Positions 59,584 through 64,000 of a stretch of 64,000 bases of DNA are shown here, in pieces; position 1 is the first letter of the stretch; every line of letters begins with the position of its first letter. The notes under the pieces are model-generated. The model had not been told where the DNA came from. It made no database searches and saw only the letters and a program-made list of their open reading frames with translations. Source of the stretch: Sideroxydans sp. (GTDB lineage: Bacteria > Pseudomonadota > Gammaproteobacteria > Burkholderiales > Gallionellaceae); contig JBNKBO010000004.1 of NCBI GenBank assembly GCA_050287265.1, positions 4,631-68,630 on the forward strand, in the 5' to 3' direction. The position numbers and the translations under genes were made by a program.

Positions 59584-60438
59584 ATGGAAACAAATAACAA
59601 CACTGAAGATACCGATTTCCAGAAACCGACTTCTCCCCTGATTTCGGCTGTTAGCCGCATCCTGCATCCTTTGGTTAAGCTGTTATTAACGCGCTCAATT
59701 ACGTATCCATACGTGTCAAATTTGTTGAAATCGATCTATGTTGAAGTGGCAACAGAAGAGTTTCGGCTAAAAGGCAAACCACAAACAGATAGTCGTATCA
59801 GTCTTTTGAGCGGGGTACATCGCAAAGATGTAAAAAACCTGCGTCCTGAGCGAGCGACGGAGCATCCGATTCCTCACACGGTTTCGCTGAGCGCAAAACT
59901 GGTTAAGCTATGGTCCAGCGATCCCAAGCGTCTGGATGAAACCGGTCAATACCGCCCCCTGCCCAAACTGATGAGTGAAGGGGGTGATGCATCGTTTGAG
60001 GGCCTGGTCAATTCTGTCAGCAAAGATATTCGTTCCCGAGTAATTCTGGATGAATGGCTACGCACTGGAATTGCCAAAATCGATGATGAAGGTCGTGTCT
60101 GCCTGATTACCGACCCCTCGTCCACAAAAAAGGACTTTGACGAAAAAGCATATTACGTCGGCCTGAATATACACGATCACTTGTGTGCAGCTTCACACAA
60201 TCTTTTTGGACAACAGCCTCCGCTGCTTGAGAGCAGCATTCATTGCAACAAGCTGACTCCTGAGTCGATAGTCGAACTCGATACGTTAACCAAGAAACTG
60301 GGCATGCAGATGCTGAATGAGGTAGAGAAGCGCACCTCTGAACTGGAGTTGCGAGATGAAGGCAAACCAGCGGCGAATAACCGCATGAATTTCGGCATAT
60401 TTTTTTATAGCACCGAAAATATCGAACGGAAATCCTGA
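59584..60438 (+). CDS. DUF6502 family protein (probable DNA-binding regulator)
   Basis: LHPLVKLLL, VEVATEEF, TDSRISLLSGVHRKDV, SKDIRSRVILDEW. Confidence 0.82.
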   Translation: METNNNTEDTDFQKPTSPLISAVSRILHPLVKLLLTRSITYPYVSNLLKSIYVEVATEEFRLKGKPQTDSRISLLSGVHRKDVKNLRPERATEHPIPHTVSLSAKLVKLWSSDPKRLDETGQYRPLPKLMSEGGDASFEGLVNSVSKDIRSRVILDEWLRTGIAKIDDEGRVCLITDPSSTKKDFDEKAYYVGLNIHDHLCAASHNLFGQQPPLLESSIHCNKLTPESIVELDTLTKKLGMQMLNEVEKRTSELELRDEGKPAANNRMNFGIFFYSTENIERKS

Positions 60439-60745
60439 ATACAAATCAGCTACACATATAAGGGATCGACATCAAATTGTTCCTGACAGGTTTCTCAGAC
60501 ACAAAAATGTTTTCGCGTTTCACCCCCCTTCCTTACAGAATGCCAAGAAACACAGACACAATATGATTTTCCTTCGACGATGGTTTTTTGTTTTAGGAAT
60601 GGCAGGAATTTGTCCGCAGGATAGGATTTTGATTGACGCATGTTGGCTTGCACGTGAAAATCCCCTGTTATGATGAATGCGGGCAGGTCTAGCCAGTGTT
60701 TGGGCCTAAATCAATCATGATCAGCTAAAGGTCAATGGATCAACA

Positions 60746-61597
60746 ATGGAAGATCTAAATTTCACTATTCCCCCCGCAAAGCCCACTTACGACTCGAAAG
60801 TTGCACTGAAATATTTCAGAGTTTCAGGAAGCGTGATAAATGTGGCAGCAGGAAAAACCATTTTTGTCGAGAACAAGAAGAGTCACCCACTCCTTTTTCA
60901 GCACGACAGGATGTATTACCTGCTGGAAGGGGAGGTTGGCCTGACAGTGAACAAGAGCCATGTGTGTTTGATACACAGTGGTGAGCTATTTGGCGAGATG
61001 GGGCTGATTACCGGAATGCCGAGAACAGCAACAGCCAGGGCAAAAACGGATTGTCTTCTTTACACTTTAACCAGCGAACAACTTCATATGGCACTGAGTT
61101 CGGCACCTGAGTTTGGCCTGTTGCTGATGAACATTATGATCACACGTCTGCGAGATACCATTGCCTTTTTGAAATCGCATGGCATGTTGGCCAACCACGA
61201 AGAATTGAAAGATGCTGAAATATTTGATAAGAAGCTGCTGGACAGTCTGGTCGATGAACTTGAAGACAGTGCACATTTTCGATATGCGGCAGGCAAAACC
61301 ATCATCCAGGAGGGCCAGTCGGGCATATTCATGTATGTGGTTCTGAAGGGCACGGTGGAAGTTGCAGTCCAGAACAATGTTGTAGGAAAAATCGGACGAG
61401 GCGGCATTTTCGGCGAAATGGCGCTGATTTCACGCGAGGAACGAGTAGCCAGCGCCATGGCAACAACTGATTGCGAGGTATTGGCACTCAGTCGCAAAGT
61501 GTTTCTCGATCTGGTCTGCGCAAATCCCAAGTTCGCGGTTTCCCTGCTTGGTGCTGTGGGGAATCGTGCCAGGTACATGGCGGCGCTGCGCGTGTAA
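60746..61597 (+). CDS. Protein composed of two tandem cNMP-binding domains
   Basis: Two copies of the GELFGEM..I...PRTATA / GIFGEMALI..ERVASA motif; no output domain. Confidence 0.88.
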   Translation: MEDLNFTIPPAKPTYDSKVALKYFRVSGSVINVAAGKTIFVENKKSHPLLFQHDRMYYLLEGEVGLTVNKSHVCLIHSGELFGEMGLITGMPRTATARAKTDCLLYTLTSEQLHMALSSAPEFGLLLMNIMITRLRDTIAFLKSHGMLANHEELKDAEIFDKKLLDSLVDELEDSAHFRYAAGKTIIQEGQSGIFMYVVLKGTVEVAVQNNVVGKIGRGGIFGEMALISREERVASAMATTDCEVLALSRKVFLDLVCANPKFAVSLLGAVGNRARYMAALRV

Positions 61598-61763
61598 AGA
61601 CTTTGATTCGGCATGAGCAGTATATGCTTGCTGCAACACGCCTTCCCATAATAGAATTATGGGTATAGCCTGAAATATTTAGCCTCTCTTCAAGCATCGT
61701 CCGGCAGTTTCCACAGCCTGAGCCTCGCCATGATGAGATCAATAGCCAAGGAGGGAAGTCATA

Positions 61764-62024
61764 ATGATCAGTAGGGAAACTGTCCTGCAAACCCTTCACT
61801 GCAATCCGAACCAGTATCCGCAAATGCTCAGCGAAAGATTTCCTCATATTCTGGAAAAAGTCGTTCAACTCTGGGATTCGCCTGAAATCGAACCCTATTT
61901 CGTTGATTTATTGCAGCCACAAGGCCGGGGTGGAGGCAGATTCGATCGGGATGGTTTTCCGGAACAAGCCTGGCAGGAAATTCTTCAGTTGCAGATTCTC
62001 TACGGCAAGACTCACTCCAAGTAG
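61764..62024 (+). CDS. Small hypothetical protein
   Basis: GGAGG SD; RFPHILEKVVQLWDSPEI...RDGFP resembles a recurring betaproteobacterial hypothetical family (from memory). Confidence 0.7.
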   Translation: MISRETVLQTLHCNPNQYPQMLSERFPHILEKVVQLWDSPEIEPYFVDLLQPQGRGGGRFDRDGFPEQAWQEILQLQILYGKTHSK

Positions 62025-62128
62025 TAAGGCAAACACATCTCCCGCTGCACCGTAGAAGAACGGCACAGTGAAAACATCTCTTCAGTTGCAACTTAACCTC
62101 TGGAGCAATAAGCTCGTTGCAGAACTTT

Positions 62129-62560
62129 TCAGGAGGTTATGTAGTGTTCCAGTTGCTCAATGATAAAACTTTGATCCGATATCTTTGCCTTGACCAGATC
62201 CCCTATAGATACGATACCCAGAATATTCTGCTGCTCGTCGAGTACCGGAAGGTGGCGTAAGAAACGCTCGGTCATCAGTGCAAGACCCTGCGAAACTTCA
62301 GTATCCAGTGTCGCGTAGTGCACCTTGGAAGTCATTACGTCAATAACCTTTACCTCCTTGGGGTTCAGGCCGCGAAATGCTACTTTTTGCAGGCAGTCGC
62401 GCTCGGAAAAGAGACCTTTCAGCTTGTTGCCGTCAACTACCATGACTGATCCAATATCGCGGTCGCACATCAATTCCAGCGCTTTCTGGACTGTTGCGTC
62501 AACCGCTACAGTAGTGAGCGGTTTTGATTTTTCGGCCAGAATTTGTTTGATTGTTTTCAT
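62129..62560 (-). CDS. CBS domain pair protein
   Basis: IGSVMVV, GLFSERD, RHLPV, GIVSIGDLVK. Confidence 0.92.
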   Translation of the reverse strand: MKTIKQILAEKSKPLTTVAVDATVQKALELMCDRDIGSVMVVDGNKLKGLFSERDCLQKVAFRGLNPKEVKVIDVMTSKVHYATLDTEVSQGLALMTERFLRHLPVLDEQQNILGIVSIGDLVKAKISDQSFIIEQLEHYITS

Positions 62561-62788
62561 ATTTTTCTCCCTGTTTGGTCTTGTTCAGCAGCTAGTTGAT
62601 ACCTTGAACTGATTTCGTTTACCAATAAATAGTGACATGCTCAGCATATCAGGCTGATTCTAGTGGAGCGCCTGTAAAATTACCTGATACGAAGAATCAA
62701 CGTGTAAACGAAGTATCCTTAAACCAAGCAATTTGGTCAACTACGCATTTTCATCACATTTCTGTAATCACCCGCCGCTGCAGCAAGA

Positions 62789-64000
62789 TTAATAAAGCAT
62801 AAAGCCGGCAACCAAGGTTGTTACAACTGCGTAGGGTAAAGCCATCCACAACATGCGTCCGTAACCCAGCCGGATTAACGGCGCAATCTGTGACGTCAGC
62901 AAATACAGGAATGCAGCCTGCCCGTTGGGTGTCGACATACTGGGTATTCCCGTACCCATGACGACTGCGACGGATTGCGCATCGAACAATTCGCGGCTGG
63001 TCAGTCCCGCATCGAATACGGCTTTGAGTTCTTTCATATAGATAGCAGCCACAAAGACATTGTCACTGATCGCAGACAATAAGCCATTGGTGACAAAAAC
63101 CATGAATATCTGCATTTTGGGTTCGAGCTTCAGCACCCAGTGAATGACCGAGTCGAACATGTGCAAACTGCCTATCATGGACACAATGACATAGAACACC
63201 ACGAGTAGTGATGCAAACGGCAGGCCAGGCATGAAAGCTTCGGCAACATGGTGTTCGTCGGTAACACCAGAGATCGAAGAGACAAGAACAATGACCGCCA
63301 GGCCGATTAGACCGATTTCGGCAATATGAAAGGCCAGGGCCACTACCATCAAAATAGCAACCACTGCCTGGGCGACCAGCAACATACGGTCAATGGGCTT
63401 GTGGTTCGCGCGTAAACGCCGGTCTTCATCCAATAGTATCTGGCGCACACCGGCCGGCAACTCGGCACCGTATCCAAACAGTTTGTACTTTTCAATTACC
63501 CAGCAAGTCAGAAAGCCAGCGAACAAAGTCGGTATGGTGGCATAAGACACCTGCATAATGAACTCCATGAAGTGCCAACCAGCTTCGGTACCGATAACGA
63601 TATTTTCCGGTTCACCGACCAACGTGCAGACCCCGCCTATCGCAGTTCCAATAGCACCGTGCATTAGCATGCTACGCAACACGGCGCGAAACTGTTCAAG
63701 GTCGGCGCGATGAATCTCGTCGACATATTCATCCGTCAAATCGGGATCATCGTGATAGCCCCTGGTGGAAACCGCACGGTGATAAACCTCGTAGAAACCG
63801 ACCGTTACGGCAATCAGGACAGCCAATATGGTGAGCGCATCCAGAAAGGCAGAGCAGACTGCAACGACCATGATCGTGACCAGATTCAGTGCAAGTCTGG
63901 AGCGTATACCCAGCAGGATATGGCTGATCAGGCGATACAGCATGCCGCGCAGAAAATGCACGCCCGCCACCATGAAGATCACCAGCAACAGCACCGGCAA
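62789..64000 (-). CDS. nhaB: Na+/H+ antiporter NhaB (5' end beyond the right window edge)
   Basis: PVLLLVIFMVAG, SAFLDALT, GGVCTLVGEPEN, LSAISDNVFV, TPNGQAAFLYLLTS. Confidence 0.92.
   Translation of the reverse strand: MPVLLLVIFMVAGVHFLRGMLYRLISHILLGIRSRLALNLVTIMVVAVCSAFLDALTILAVLIAVTVGFYEVYHRAVSTRGYHDDPDLTDEYVDEIHRADLEQFRAVLRSMLMHGAIGTAIGGVCTLVGEPENIVIGTEAGWHFMEFIMQVSYATIPTLFAGFLTCWVIEKYKLFGYGAELPAGVRQILLDEDRRLRANHKPIDRMLLVAQAVVAILMVVALAFHIAEIGLIGLAVIVLVSSISGVTDEHHVAEAFMPGLPFASLLVVFYVIVSMIGSLHMFDSVIHWVLKLEPKMQIFMVFVTNGLLSAISDNVFVAAIYMKELKAVFDAGLTSRELFDAQSVAVVMGTGIPSMSTPNGQAAFLYLLTSQIAPLIRLGYGRMLWMALPYAVVTTLVAGFMLY

Noticed and set aside
1-64000. tRNA or rRNA genes
   Set aside because: No cloverleaf (GTTCGA T-loop with an acceptor stem) or rRNA signature was found in the intergenic regions by eye.

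Overview
This window is bacterial chromosome, probably from a GC-rich betaproteobacterium. Gallionellaceae-like ancestry is inferred from gene content and order (cbbY, aceEF, nadD-rsfS-rlmH-maf-rng, yggU/T-proC-yggS-pilTU, parEC, nhaB). No rRNA, tRNA, CRISPR array or intact integrase/transposase was seen. The core genes are interrupted by four blocks of interest. (1) 4510-10190 (-): an operon encoding a 7TM protein with an apparently catalytically intact transglutaminase domain, a RimK-like alpha-L-glutamate ligase, a membrane-anchored TPR protein and an outer-membrane beta-barrel. It sits behind a structured, riboswitch-like leader and may be an uncharacterised envelope-spanning peptide/polyglutamate synthesis-export system. 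(2) 24591-31614: msrB-dipZ-msrA, divergent from a bufferin-type RiPP cluster (DUF2282, DUF692, DUF2063, DoxX) plus an ECF sigma/NrsF pair. Two back-to-back TGTAACT-N16-CGAACCAA promoters drive the two arms, and MsrB has Phe at its catalytic Cys position. (3) 37899-43537: an AT-rich island whose genes are separated by a family of short semi-palindromic repeats. Several repeats are preceded by stuttered direct repeats, and one carries an IS110 right-end remnant, suggesting a non-integron gene-cassette array. (4) 58596-60438: a DUF6502 gene divergent from two paralogous small secreted proteins, with three palindromic operators overlapping both promoters. Several REP-like doublets are also present, one translated in-frame inside aceF. 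All family assignments come from motif recognition by eye; no database search was run.
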